From: Callorhinchus milii
Lineage: Eukaryota
Length of the DNA stretch: 64,000 bases
NCBI RefSeq assembly: GCF_018977255.1
Contig: NW_024704743.1
Span: 49,416,001 to 49,480,000, forward strand
Direction of reading: 5' to 3'
Shown: positions 14,658-29,059 of the stretch, piece after piece
Position numbering within the stretch: the stretch's first letter is position 1
Layout of the letters: the number at the start of each line of letters is the position of its first letter
Notes under the pieces: generated by a model
The model's database searches: none
The model's input: only the letters and a program-made list of their open reading frames with translations
What the model was told of the DNA's origin: nothing
Made by a program: the position numbers and the translations under genes

Positions 14658-14991
14658 CTAATAATAATAATAACAATAATCCTTGCATTTGATATAGCGC
14701 TTTTCACGTCGGGAGGACGTCCCAAAGCGCTTCACAGAATATACTGTAAAGTGAATTGACTGTATATTTATGGGCGAACGCGGCAGCCAATTGCGCACAG
14801 CAATGTCCCACAAACAGTCGTGGATTGAAAATGAACAATTTATTATTGTTTTTTGTTTTTTTGGAGGGATTATTATTAGGCTCTGTGTGGAGTAAGGAAA
14901 CTTGCCCAAGGTTTCGCCCTCTGCCTGGAATTGAACTCAGGTCTCTCGCTTGCAAAGCGAGTGCTCTAACCACTAAGCTACAGGTCTCCAC
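14658..14991 (-). mobile_element. Young tRNA SINE, short form
   Basis: Full head with anticodon arm CTCGC-TTTGCAA-GCGAG; lacks the ~70-nt internal segment. Confidence 0.93.
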
Positions 14992-16801
14992 ATTTGTATG
15001 CAAGATTTACCACATAAAAAGATTCAGTGCTCATTGTGTGTTAATAGAGTAAATCTGCAATGGGTTTACCTTGTCCAAGGTCTCCTCCCAGGAGTGAAGA
15101 TGTAGAACTGATTTTTAACTAAAGTAGATGCTACTATGCAATGTAACACCCTCAAAAATGAACTAGCAAACTCCAGATAACTCATAATTCCAAGGGGAAA
15201 AGGTTCAGTGATGAGTTATCAGGAGTGGTGAGTTAGGCATATGTATAAATATATAAATAAATGACAACATGACGACAAGCAGTAGTGACAAGTTAAGTCA
15301 GGATCGAGTTATTAGGAGTGAACTGTATCTGGTTGAAACAGTCATGAAGGTTCTAGGGATGGGTATAAACTGTTCTGTACAAATAGTCTATGGGACAAGA
15401 TGACTTTTAGTTGATGACCTTTGGTGATCAGGGAGCATCAATGCAGAAACTTTTCCCCAGGATGGTGGGTGGAGTGAAGTCTACAATGACATTCTGTTTC
15501 CATGATCTGTGGAAGAAGTGGGTTTAATGGCCTTTTCATGTTCCATGCTTTCTTATGTCTGCGTTAGCAGATTTGAAGTAAATGTACCCAGAGCAATGGC
15601 CACACTTCAGATTTTACAATTTAAAGCCAGACAAAAAAAATGCTGCAAGTTGATGTGTGTAGCACGTGAGGAATTTTCAGTCACTTGATAGTTGAATGGT
15701 AATCCTTGTTCCATCTTTGGAACACTTAGCTGGCTTGTCTGCAACCTCAATGAATAGCCACGATCAAGCCTGCACTCCCACTGAATAAATGAGGTGACGA
15801 ATAGGCATTTCAAAAGACTAAACAAACCAGAGTGAACAGCACAACAGAGAGAGCGAGATGAAAAAGCATGATCGATTGTTAACAGTAATTTACACAGTGT
15901 GAGCAATGCCAAGATTGGAAGCACGCTGGTAAGAACGTATGAAAAAAAACAGAAGTTGGCCATATGACATATGAGTAAGGGATCACAAGATGAAGGTTTG
16001 GTTTGGAAGTGCTCTGCAATTTTTCTCATTGAATTAGTGCCATTGTTCTGGATTATTACCCAGAACCTTTGATTTGGCCCCAAAACAGATCATTCAGTCA
16101 CCAAGATTAGAAATGGTGCAGCAGTTCACTTCGAATGCAGCACATGTTTGTTATTTAACATTTTCTGATACTTCTACAGCTGCGTTGTGTGTTGCCATGA
16201 CACAACCCGAATTGTACCATATTGTGTACGATAGAGGAACATTTGTTCTTTTATCCTAGGATTGTTCTCACTAACTTCCTGAAAGTTATAATATGCATAC
16301 ATGAACTATCACTACATACTGAAGGTTGTATGTTGTATGTTGTATGTTGAAGGGTGATCCACGAGTTATCACAACCAAATCCCATCTTTCTTGAATACCC
16401 TTAGGCATAGAAAGTGATCAGAAGTGATCAGAAGAAGGAACCTTGGTTGTTTTGTCCTCCTTTCAACCCAGAGAGAATAGTGTCAGCACTACCACACCTG
16501 AGTAACTACACAATGGATCAAACCTGGCACTTTCCTGGTAGACACAGTGCCATACCATACAATGTACTTCAATCATTGAATCTTCAGGGTACACAGGAAT
16601 TTTAATCCAAATCATGGTCACTCTTCTCAGTCTATTGCATGGTCAAGCTTGTTTACCTGATTATTGGACTGAAGTGAAACCTTGTTGCCAGTCAATTGAA
16701 TATTTTGTTCAATGAGCTACTATTTTATATAAACACATATTATTATTTTGTTACATTGATATCACATTAGAAACTTACAGCATAGAATGTGGCACATTCG
16801 G

Positions 16802-16956
16802 CTCCTTGCGTCTACACTGACTCCTTGCGTCTACGCTGACTCCTTGCGTCTACGCTGGCTCCTTGTGTCTACGCTGGCTCCTTGTGTCTACGCTGGCTCC
16901 TTGCGTCTACGCTGGCTCCTTGCGTCTACGCTGGCTCCTTGCGTCTATGCTGGCTC
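16802..16956. repeat. 19-bp minisatellite, 8 copies
   Basis: Unit CTCCTTGCGTCTACGCTGG starting at 16802, 16821, 16840 ... 16935. Confidence 0.96.
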
Positions 16957-19117
16957 TTTGAAAGAGTATTTCATTCAGCCCTATTTATCTGCCTTTCCCC
17001 CATACCCCTCCACTTAGTGTGATTATAAAATATTAGCAGTTTCCTTGTGCGAAGTTTGGGATACCTTAACATGTGGGAAAGTTATTTGAAAAAGGTAGGA
17101 TCTTTACTGAGAATTGTAGAGTGCATGTCTATTAATGAGACTAATCTTCGAACATGAGTTTATTATCATGCCCTCCACACACAATTTCCTTTGAAAACAG
17201 AAAATGAAGCATGATTGATCCAAAAGGTTGAAGTGAATGAGTTAAGGGGAACTACAAGAAACAGAAGATTTACAGTATGAAAAGAAGGAATGTGCAGGGG
17301 GAGGGGTGAGGAGACCTGATCAAACATACACAACATGAACTGTATAGAGACTCCAAACTCAGTCAGTTGCTTCAAGATTAAAAAAAAGCAGGACTAAAAG
17401 GATTCTGGGTTAAAGTAAATTCGGAACAGATATCAAAACTCTATTCAAAAGTGTGATTTTATCCCTTTAATTTACCAAATATGGTAATGGATGCAAGAAC
17501 ATTGGGCTTCATCCAAATGCAATTTGATGGGAAAGTTAACATACTTGAGAGATGATCTTTGGTCAGCTGAATAGTTTTCTCCCATGTCTGAATTTACAAA
17601 CCCTCCAAAAATGCAAGGAGTTAAGCTCGGAAAGTCTCAGGTACCAATTTCTGAAGCAACCCTCACACTAAGAATACTTTCAGGTGGCTCAAAACTCAAT
17701 AGCACAACTTTAGGGATGAAGAGTCAAAGTGGTGTTTCAGATTCAGCTCATATTTTGATGGGTCAAGGCCATTTAATCTGAATTTCAACATGTCTAGTTC
17801 AATCCCAAGGACAATCCTCACACTAAGGATGCTTTCAGTCCTCAGTTTATTTAATTTGCTCTCTGGCTCTCCCACCCTCCCTTAGGCATTTAACTTTTTT
17901 CCCCCCCTCTACAAGAGTATAGTTCTATAGGTGTCAGCTACTTGGGCAAGTTACCAGAAGGCAGCAATTATTCATGTACAAGCCCTGACAGACTGTGACT
18001 GCCGGCAGGCTATTTGACAGCTGGAGGGGATGGGAGTGGGGGGGGGGGGGGGCTTCTTACCAGATGTCGAGTAATTAGTAGAGGGAACTTGACCAATCTG
18101 TCTCTCCCTAACAAAGATGTGAATGCCAAATGTGGTTCCCCTACTAGCGACATTCTGACTCAACAAAAATATTGAGGAGGGTTTGAAAAACAGGGCAAAA
18201 TTAAAAATCAAACCCACAACTGAATTACTGCTGCTCAGATATTTCTTCATTTCACAAGAGTAATCATGATTACGCATTTTGGGCCTCTCTCCTTCACCCC
18301 CCCCCCCCCATATCACCACCCCCTCCCCCCACCACCTAAAAATTAAGAAACCTCCCAGCAGGTTGGTTGAAAGCACTTTGAGACATCTTCCCACCGTGAA
18401 TAGCGCTGTATACCCATAAGTTGTCATAATTACTAGAATGCTTCAGAGATTTTTAGAAGTCAGAGAATAGTCTGAAGAGTTGAAGATCTGCACACATGCA
18501 ATCCACTTTCTAATCTCAAAACACGCTGAGTGACAAAGACCCACGTGAACCCTTCACTCCAGCTTTGCATTCCAGGTGACAAAATAATAAACTATTTTCT
18601 TACAAATGTTATGGGAGCAACCCCAAGGCCAAAAATAAACAGCCGAACAGACCTTATGCAATGAACCAAAGAAATTTACAAAAGGAGGCTATTCAGGCCA
18701 TTGTGTCTGTGCTGGCTCTTTTAAGAACAATCCTTTCGATCGCATTTACCTGCCCCCATACTCCAGATCTTACTCCCTTTTAGGTATTTATCTAGTCCTC
18801 TTTTGAAAACTAATACGGATTCTGTCTCAACCATCCCTCCTGACAGGGCATTCCATATCCTAACTAATCGATGCATGAAAAAAAAACTTTCCTATCCTCC
18901 CCATTTACCCTTTTGCTAGTTATCTTAAATTGATGTCCTCTAGTCACTGACTCATCGACCACAAAGGAGGGGGTGTTGAAAGAGAAAGTTATATCAAAGA
19001 TGGGTTGTGATTAATTTCCTACCTATTCGAGTACTGAATCAGTTAAACACTTATCAACTCTTATGAACAAACTAGAAACAAGTCACCATATCTGTATTCA
19101 AATTTTCTCTCCAGTTA

Positions 19118-19265
19118 AGAACATAAGAAAATAAGAATTGGGAGCAGGAGTAGGCCATTCGGCCCCTCGAGCCTGCCCTCTATTCGATAAGATCATGGCT
19201 GATCTTCAGACCTAACTCTAATTACCTGCCCTATCTCCATATCCCCTAAACCCTCTATTTTTTAA
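19118..19265 (-). mobile_element. CR1 3' tail fragment
   Basis: Reverse complement of the 38440-38537 tail (GCAGGAGTAGGCCATTCGGCCCCTCGAGCCTGCC). Confidence 0.85.
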
Positions 19266-19845
19266 AAATCTATCATTTTCATGCCGATTAATTTTCAATG
19301 CTAAATTATCAAATAATACCATTAAAAAGCCTATATAATATTTTACAGTAATGAAGTCTTCAACATAACCCGCAACGAGCCATTCACTAAGATAATTCCT
19401 CTGATGGTTGAAAACAAAGCTGTTCAAAATTAAGAAAATGCATGATTTAGTTCACTAGCAACTACTACAAACTAAACCTGTGCTATGCAACCCATTTACC
19501 GACAACAGTGTTGCTCTGGCTATTTATAAAAAGTAAAGAATTGATCTCACAAATGCCCAATATTTAAAGCAGAAGCTGCATTTACAAAAAAGCAAACTTC
19601 AAAAGCACAAATTTCGCTGTCTGTCTGCTGATTGACCATAAATGCAGACTGGGTGCATCAGATGACTATAGTATTCTCTCAAAGAAGGCTGAAAGTACAG
19701 CATAGTGTCTAGACAAACTGTTCTTTTTTTTAAGAGCAGTTATAGGATTGTCTATAAATTAGTCAACAGATTTGTATTTAAACGTTTTCCAGTTAAGCGA
19801 CGCATTTAGTAAAATTCAACATTCAGTCTCATCATTACTGTAAAG

Positions 19846-20047
19846 CAGTGGGGGCCAACCAATGGCCCACAGGAGCGTCAAGAAGAAGCCGCCGAACATT
19901 TGCACTAGTTTAGGGAAATATGTTAAATCAATGTTTTGTATCCAGTAGCTACTGAGTAGCGAGATTTAAGGGGTGGTCATAAATCAAGAAATAGTCAATC
20001 GATAAAGAAATTTTTGGTTGGCCAACCAAAAAGGATGGCCACCACTT
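19846..20047. mobile_element. Non-autonomous hAT-like MITE (202 bp)
   Basis: Imperfect TIRs CAGTGGGGGCCAACC / GGATGGCCACCACTT; 8-bp TSD CTGTAAAG / ATGTAAAG; a second copy of one end at 23332-23385. Confidence 0.7.
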
Positions 20048-21499
20048 ATGTAAAGCAATGCTTCTTTTAAAATTAAGAGTAGTTACTGTATTTCTATACA
20101 TCTAAATGTTATTACCTGAATTACAACTGCTGTCTAAATGATTCCTTCTGCCCAGGCACAAATTTTACCATATTTATAATCCCATTTATCACTTCCACAT
20201 CATGTGCAGCTCAGCTACTGTAGCATTGTGCATTTTACACCAAATGCATTGAGGTAAATATATAGGGTGTCCAAAACAGCATTTCTTCATACTAGTATGC
20301 ACAGATATTGAGATAAGGTCGAGCTCTTCGGCATAGCAAAGCACCCACTCAAAGAGAAGACACACTGGGATAAAGTCACTATGTGGTACTGCAGAGTACA
20401 GGCTTCAAGAACATTTTTTTTAACAACCCATTGATTTTGATATAGTCATTAATTCTTTATCATACACACGTCAACTTTCAAACTTCTGGCAAATATCAAA
20501 TAATTCTACTGTAACTGCAATTCTGAAAAAAATCTTAAGGAAACATTCCGTTTGGAAAAAAAGTATATTTGGAAACTTTTCTGGTCTTTACACAGCTGCA
20601 AAATGTGTTGGATTTCTTCCAAGGTGTTTCTAAATAAACTCTTTGAGTGATACCTTTGCTGTCTCTCTAGGTTAACTTTTATGAAGATGCCAACTTTTTT
20701 TTAAAAAAACTAAACCAAATGCACAACCAGTTTCGATAAACAAAAGTGTTGTAAGATCAACCGTATTCAAGGAAGAATTCAGACAAATACAGCAGATAAA
20801 AAGGTAAACAAAAATAGCTTACTGATTGAATCTATGGTTTTATATGGCAAAAAACAGGCTACACCACATCCAAAAACAAGAAGATCTCACAGACAGACTG
20901 AATACAATCAAACAGCAGATGTAGGCGTTTCATGGGCTGTTGCACTGAGTAGGTGGCTTGCATCTTCCTACACTTTCTCTCTCTCGCTCACTCACTTCCA
21001 GGTATTTTATTTGTTTAAAAAAAAAGTATCAGCAACTATGTATCTCAACACCTGTGCATTCCTCTGAGACTTCAGACAGATAGACAGACACACACACACC
21101 TACGTATTCTCCAACCTGTATCAACCCCCACCACCCACTGCTACTTTCCCACAAAACCACTATGTTCAGCAGCAACACCCAAATCAATCTTACACAAATC
21201 GCTCTCTCCTATATTAGACATTATTGATGCCAAGTCACATACTTTATATTCAACATGAACGAACAGCCTTCGAAAGATAATTTGATTAATACAGAAAAAT
21301 TACCTGATGTGAATTGAAATTCAGAATTATGTGGTCAGTGAAACACAAAAGGTTATGGAACAAAATTGTCACACAACAGTTAAGGTTTTCTGTTCTTTAG
21401 GACCCTTTTCAACTCTGAGCACCATAGACAAACTCATTTATTCGGACACGAACAGGCTGCAAGGACAAATGACAGCATGCACCTCTTGTTTCTTAGAAC

Positions 21500-21790
21500 A
21501 TTAATAATCGTTGCATTTAACAAAGAGCATCATCAAACTGAAACATTTCAAAGTGTTTCAGAGTTTTCTGTAAAGTACAGTGACTTGATTGATTTGTAAG
21601 CAAACATGGCAGACAATGTGTTCACAGCAATGTCCCACCAACAGACATGAAATGAACGGCCCACTTGTTTTAAGTGGGGAATTGTTGGGACAGGAAACCA
21701 TGATAAACTCCCTTTTCATTTTGAATCATGTCCTGGGATCCTGAATATGCATCTGAACAGACAGATGAGACCTTGTTGTAATGTTCTTAT
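21500..21790 (-). mobile_element. Older DeuSINE, diverged
   Basis: Similar to 2340-2620. Confidence 0.6.
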
Positions 21791-24083
21791 GCTATTTTCA
21801 ATTCAAAGAATGATCTCTGTTATTCTAGTCTAGAGTCTGGGGTTTTCCACTACCTCAAAATTTATGTTTAAAGTTAGTTTTCATGCCAAGTTGTTTTTAT
21901 CTCAAACAGAAATGAGAAGAAAGGAGGCGAAAGCTTTTATAATTTAAAAAAAGATTCAAAGGTGACCATTGCATTTTCCAATGTTATTTCCATAAGCCCA
22001 GATGCAAAAAACACATTGTGGTCCACATAATATCAATAATAATTGATCATTTGTTAACTTTCATCAACAACTCATACATTAAGCACTTTGAAACATTTAA
22101 CTATGTGAAAGCCACTTTAACCTTCAATCCTGTTCCAAAATCCATTAATATTTTTAAACTGAAAAGTGCATGCATGAATGTTAAACATGGACAAAATTAA
22201 GCTTAGCTCTGATATTTAGCACAATGGTAGAACTTACTGATCCACTCAGTGTGTGGGTTATCCATCAAGGAGGGATATTTGAATGAGGTACCAGAGTTGC
22301 CAGCACCCCTCTCTAACATGAGCAACACCTTAACAAGAGGGAACACATTTGAGAGTATGTGTGCGTGTGCATGTGAGCGTGTGTGTGTGTGTGTGTTTGG
22401 GGGGGGAGGGGGGGGGGGGGAGAGTTGTATACACCAAAGGTGTTTTAAACTATTTGAAAGAACAGCAAATAAACATATTTTTCATGTTTATAAACTAAGA
22501 AAACAATGTCTTATGCATAGTCTTTCTAAAAAAACAACTTCAGCCCCCTCAAATTCCGAAAATAGATCCCTAAACCTCACACTAACAGAGAAAAATAAAT
22601 CTATTTGGTGACTCAGATTGTAGTACAGTAATGTGAGGCTCATGCTTTGTTTACATTTAGGTGGTCAGTCAGCCACGTGGGTATGATCCTCTGACAGCTC
22701 CCTGCTGTCTTAGTCACACTCACTCACAGCTGGCCGACTGACTACTCCAAAAACGTAAATAAAAGCGGTCGACTAGAACTCAGCATTGAAAGCATAATTA
22801 GATATGGAGTTAAAACCCATGCTTCTAATCTCAACAGAAACGATGCAAATAAAAGCACACCAGACTGGTAAATTCTCGCATTGGAGTATAAAAACCTTGC
22901 AAACCTAGATACCAAAGTAAAACTAAAAGGAAGAGCCCCAAATCCATCATAGCTCAATAACTATTTTGCACCTCTCCTTCAGCCAGTTCACACTCCCCTT
23001 TCAAGCACATTTCACCTACAAAATACATAGTCAATCCACTTTACACAATATCTGTGAAGCGCTTCAATAATAATAATTTGAGACATCTCAGCAACGTGAT
23101 AAAGAGCTATATCAAATGCAAAGATTATTATTATGACACACACATACACATTGTTGTCAAAATATTGTAGTTGAAGATTAAGAGTTCAGCTGTTCCTCTC
23201 TCTATGGCTCAGTAGGTGGCTCTTCCATTTACGGGCAGATGGCCATGTCAGGAGGACATGGGCTCATTGTCTAGTCTGATACTCCAGTGTATTAATGTAC
23301 TGGGATAAGGTTTTAAACCAAGGATCTATCGCAGTGATGGCCAACCTTTTCGGTCAGCCAACCAAATACGTTTTCTTGATTGAATATGGCAGAATTCAAG
23401 AATTCTAAAAAAAATGCAGGTTCTTTCCTTTCATTATTTTTAAACTTTGGCCATCAGATGTATAAACAATTTTTAAAATAAAGTTGTTTATGAGAGGTAG
23501 CTTTGGCACATCATAGAACTTTACAGCAGCGCGGTAGCCATTTGGCTCATCATGCTGGCTCTCTTTGAAACAAGGATACAGTCAGTTCCATTTCCCTGCC
23601 TTTTCCCCATACCCCTATAAATTATTTCTTTTTAGATATCTATCTAGTTTCTTCTTGAAAGCTAATATGGATCCTGCCTCGACCACCACATAAGGTTTGT
23701 TGGAAGTGCATTCCACATCCTAACAATCATTTACATGTAGAAAAGCTGTCTTCCAAACACAGATCTTATCAAAAGACTTCTGAAAATCCATATACAGCAC
23801 ATCCACAGCATTACTTTTATTTATTCTCTCGGTTAATTCATCAAACAATTCTTAAGATTTGTCGAGCATAACTTGTTTTAACAAATTCATCCCAATTGTG
23901 GTTAGCCAACCCATGCATTTCTAATTGATTATTAATATTATCCATACAAAGATCTCTAAAAGTTTGCCCATAAGAATATTAGCTGCAGGATTTCTAGTCA
24001 GCTCTCATAACATATGCCAGGTTTATTCCAGGGTGAGAGATCTCATTTTATCTCCTATTCATATGAATTTGTTTTCCAACACA

Positions 24084-25200
24084 CAACAATGGCAACTTGC
24101 ACTTATATAGTGCCCACCACTAAGGGTAGCGTTTCAGAGCGCTTAACAGCGGCGGAGCCTGACTCCAGGCCGGGGGAAGGTGGCCGTAAGCACGGTCTAA
24201 GAGAAAAGTTTTCAAGCGGGACTTGAAAGAGGGGAAAGAGGGAGCAAGGCAAAGGAATTGAGGGAGAGTGTTCCAGAGTTTCGGTACGGAGTTTGGTTCG
24301 GGTTAGTATGCGGAGGGCAGAGTTTTGAATCAGATGGATCTTTTCAATGGTGGAGTTAAGGAGACTGGCGAGGACTGTGTTTGAGTAATCCAAGCGGGAG
24401 ATGACAAATATATGCACGAGAGTTTCGGCTACTTTTGGGGTAAGGTACAGTCAGAGGCGGGCAATGTGGTGGAGGTGGAAGAAGGCGATCCTGGTCAGGG
24501 ACCTAATGTGGAGGAGGAAGGACAAACTGGAGGTCAAACTGGACACCTAGGTTGCGCACTGGTTCGGTGAGTGTGAGGGAGAGCCCAGGGAGGTTGAGGA
24601 GCTTAGATCCGCAGGAGTGAAGACCTTGACAGGAGCCAAGGAGTATGGCTTCCCTCTTGTCCATATTCAGCTGCAGGAAGTTTACACTCATCCAGGCCCT
24701 GATGTCTGCCAGACAAGCTGATAAAACATCGGCGGACCTGGACGTGGTACTGGAGGAGCCAAAGTAGATTTGTGTATCATCCGCATACATGTGGATAACA
24801 TCGCCCAGAGGGAACATATAGATAAGGAAAAGAAGAGGGCCAAGGATGGAGCCCTGGGGTACCCCGCAGGTGACTGGGCGGGGGTGGGAAAAGAAACCAT
24901 TTGCCGAGATGAAATGAAAGCCAGCAGGGGGGAGAGGAGAGGGAGTTGAGTGACCAGCTGCTGGGTCGGGACGTGGTCGAGGCAGCAAATGGTGAACTTC
25001 ATCCGGGTGATTGTGGTTGAGGGAGAGGAGGGAGAAATGGGGGCAAAGGAGTGTAAGGAGGGAGGAATGTCAGGAGTCGTGGCAGAGGCAGAAGTCAGTG
25101 TGGATGGTCTGGGTGGGGTGGAAGAGGACATGGTGGGGTGGGGGGGAGAAGAGGATGATGTAGCCAAGCGGATGTTTTCAATTTTTGAGGACCTCTTCGC
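24084..25200 (-). mobile_element. L2 LINE fragment, frameshifted and internally deleted
   Basis: GVPQGSILGPLLF, MYADDTQIY, VRNLGVQFD, SRLDYSN, IQNSALR across ORFs 24503..24988 and 24103..24417; L2 tail. Confidence 0.9.
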
Positions 25201-28200
25201 ACTTGGCATTTGATGTGTTACTACCTTTCTCACAGATGCCAATTCATAAAATGGGAATCAGAGCCATGCAAATCCTCCATCTGTTGAGCAGTGACATAAT
25301 TAATGGGCTTTCAGAAATAAACAAAACCCATTGCACAGATATGCAAATGTTACAGAACTTTTTTTAAAAAAATTTTCACTCACATCACGTTTCTACATAA
25401 CAGGCTGTATGCAAAAGAGACACAGAAGTCAAGGAAACACTCAAATGTCCAATATCATGTTTCGCATGGGATCACCTGATACAAACTAAGTCCACATAGT
25501 TGTATATATAGTTTATTTGACTTTTTGCTGGATTAGTGGATAAAGGCACCAACAAACAAAGCTACACACAAAGTGACAAAAAAGTAAAGGAAATAAATCC
25601 TACAGTCCTTTCCTTCAATAGTCTAGGTTGACTTGAGTATGGGGAAAGAAAAGAGCACTACATTGTCAGAGTTGCTATTCTTCTGATGAGATGCTAAACT
25701 GAGGTCCAGTCTGTCTCTTCAGGTAAACTGCAAATACAGTCAAACATTTACGTTCTGTGGGCAGCATCCAAGACGAATGAGGTGCTTTAGTAGAGGGTTG
25801 ATCACTTTAGTTGAACACTGCTCAACTGGTCAGGTGGCAGCAGCCCACGGAACATTTCAGGACAATATTTCTTGGAAAAATTTAAGCTTCTCCGTCTTTG
25901 AATTAAGAGTTACAAAGGTTCCATTCATTTTCAATTCTAAAGGAAACGGAGTTTCATGCCTTCCTGTTCCATTTGCTAATGAAAACATCCACTTCTACAA
26001 CAACAAACACAAACCAGCTCATGCAGTTTTTAGAAACTGGTCCTGATCAGGTCACAATTCGACAAAATCTCTGAATCTCACCTCCTAGAAAATTACTAGA
26101 CTTTACTGTAAATCTTGATAAACCGTTTTTAGCTGACTTACCCATATTAAATGCAATTATTATTATTAATAAAATTAACATACAGATCAAGAACACAATA
26201 AAAAAGCTTGATGAACAGAAAAAGCTTGGAACACATCTCTTTGTTTGATTACCTGGAGACTAGAGGATTAGAGCACAAAGCATTATGTCTCCACTTTCTA
26301 CAAAATGAAATTGAGCAACATCTATGCAACCTAAGCCTTTGGACGAGTACATTTTCTTAAAAAGTTGACTTGCTTGCACAAATATCACTGCATTTCCTAT
26401 GTATAACACATTATATTTTCTCTCTTTTGTTAGTACTGTATTTATATATTTTTAAAATAAGAAGAGCTGTGAAATCTGATCAAAAACATCAGGTCCAAAA
26501 TGGAAAACGTTGCACCAGTGTTTTGTTTGAGCCCTTGGTAATTAATTGGACATATGGAGTTTAGGAGAATATCCTTTCTTTTTAAGCAAAATCAAAAGTA
26601 GTCACAAAGCAGGGAATATATTTTAAAAATTGAAGTAATGATTTGAAATAAGTAGGCTTGATAGGTTTGTAAGAACCAAAAGATTAAACAGTTGTTGTAT
26701 TTACATATTGTGTGCATACTGGCACTTTGGATTATTCAATTGCTTTACAAGGATCAAACATCCAAGGAAGCAAATTCAAGACACGGAATGCATCAAAGCT
26801 AAACGTCCTGCCTTCCTTTGGAAAGTTAATAAGAATTTCAGCACCTGCAATAATTTTGATCAAAGACACTGCCTGAAAGACTAGATGTTTTGTTACATAT
26901 AATATACAACATATCAACTACTGTATTTACTCAAACCATGAGGCTAATCCAGATGAACCCAGAGGTGTTTACAACTGTTAATCATTTACCGCATTTTCAC
27001 AGCGCAGATCCAGATTAGCAATTAATTTAAAGTAAACAGGACTGAGGAAGTTTGAATGACCAATAAGATGAACCCTTTAAATTTGCTGTTATTGTGGATT
27101 TTTATAAAAAGAAATGCATTAATAAAATGTTACTCAAAGGCACAAGTTAGACCAAAAGACAACAAGGGCAACATCTTCCATTCTTGATCGTCAATAAATT
27201 TATTCTTAGCAGTACATAAGTTTGATCTGATAAATAATATGAATGGTCGTTATAGGACGATCCAATGCCGACAGATGTTTTCATATGGAGAAGGAAAGAT
27301 GAGAGAGGGGATAATGATTTACACAAATGAGGTGGAGCTATAATCTGCCACTGCACATATGCTGGAATTGTAGTTCAGATGATTAATACCCAGACCCAAT
27401 TTTGTGCTGGTTTAACAAGCGCAGATAATTAAAATGGAAGCTAAGTGAAATATAAAACACAACAAAAAGCTTAAGTCAGACAAACAGTCCTATGCACATT
27501 TTTACAATTAAATTTCATGATGTGCAGACTGTATTAGCTAACAGATATTCCTTCAGTTTCTGGAAATGGCCATTTCCATTTAGCATAAGATTCTGCATTT
27601 AAAAGTCCAACAATTAAACTCCGACAGCAACAAATGTCTCAAGTTAATTCAAATAAGAGGCCCTAATAACATTTACCCTCATGTACCTTGTTAGAGAAGT
27701 TTAGTGAATCAGAATGCATTTCACCTTAGCTTCAGTCCAAGGGTTAACTTGTGGATTACATTTTCTGTTTATGAAATGATAGAATAATCATTTTTTAAAC
27801 ACTAAAGAGTGTATTTTACTTAAAAATGCAAACCTTCGCTGATTAAATGTAAAAATTGCTCAAACGCTCTAAATTACAACAACAACTTGCATTTATACAT
27901 CATCCTTCACACTGGATAGTGTCTCAGAGCACTACCAGGCATGCAAAACATAGCGAACATTGCAAAATGTTTCAGCCAGAAGTGAATCATGAACTCCTAA
28001 GAAAATAACTGTGGAACCTGTAAACCATGTAAAACTGGTCATTGACTGCAAGCACTACTGATGGTAGTTAACGACTGTCCAGACACTGGATATTGATCAG
28101 ACAAGTTCTTGACAAATCTTGGAGACTAATTAGTGCTATATTCCGTCAATCGTCATTGTATAACATATTGCCGACCACAGAAACAGACCAGACCAAACTT

Positions 28201-29059
28201 TTACATGAACCCAATGAGGTAATCACTCCTGGTTCTCATACTGAGAGTAGCACGTGGGTGATAATAATATATCTTGCACGTGGAGTGCCTGTCTGTCATT
28301 GGGTTACAGTGGCAGAGTGATTCATACTCCCGTATATAGATATACAGGAGTAAAAAGCACTGTAATCTACATAAATAGCTGCAATATAAACAATAGCAGA
28401 AATGTTCCTGCGGAAGTTATTCAACACAGTTCAAACAATTTCACAAGAATTGAATAGAAATGGAAGAGAGCTGAAGTGTTCCAAGTCTGAGTGGTTTAAA
28501 AGTCGACCGAATATCTAACGAAACAAATATTTGTCTTTTTCAACAAGTCAAAAGGAAGCGTTGCATAAAGAATTATGAAATGATACAATAATCAACAATG
28601 CTTCCCCCAACACACACAAGATATTTGCATAGATCGTTTTTAAAGGTAGGCAGACACAGAACGAGATGTACAAAAAACAAGATACAACGCATGCATGAAC
28701 ATTTTTCTTTAGAAAAACACACAGGTATTGAAATGATGTAGGTGTATTTTTCTGTTTAGCTGCCCACGAGAAAAAAAGTGGACAAATAAGAAAAAAATAT
28801 AGTGGGTGATACAAGTGGGCAAGTAAGCGAGTAGATGAGTAGGTGGGCATGCAAGCAAATAAGACTGTGGGCGTTGTAGGTGGGCTGGCAGGTAAGCAGG
28901 CTGATGGTGGGTGATGTAGGTGGGTTGGGTAAAGCAAACCGATGCGTAGGTGGAAGATAAGAAAAATAAACATAGGGTGATGCAGATGGGCAGATAGATT
29001 AACTGGAAAAAAAAGCAAACGCATACACATGGGGGAGACAGACAGCTCCCTCTCACACA

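Noticed and set aside
14658..14909. Recurrent short ORFs such as MGKFPYST...WDIAVRNWLPR...KCKDYYY as a peptide family
   Set aside because: Incidental translations of SINE copies
16802..16956. CRISPR-like array
   Set aside because: Head-to-tail units with no unique spacers, in eukaryotic DNA
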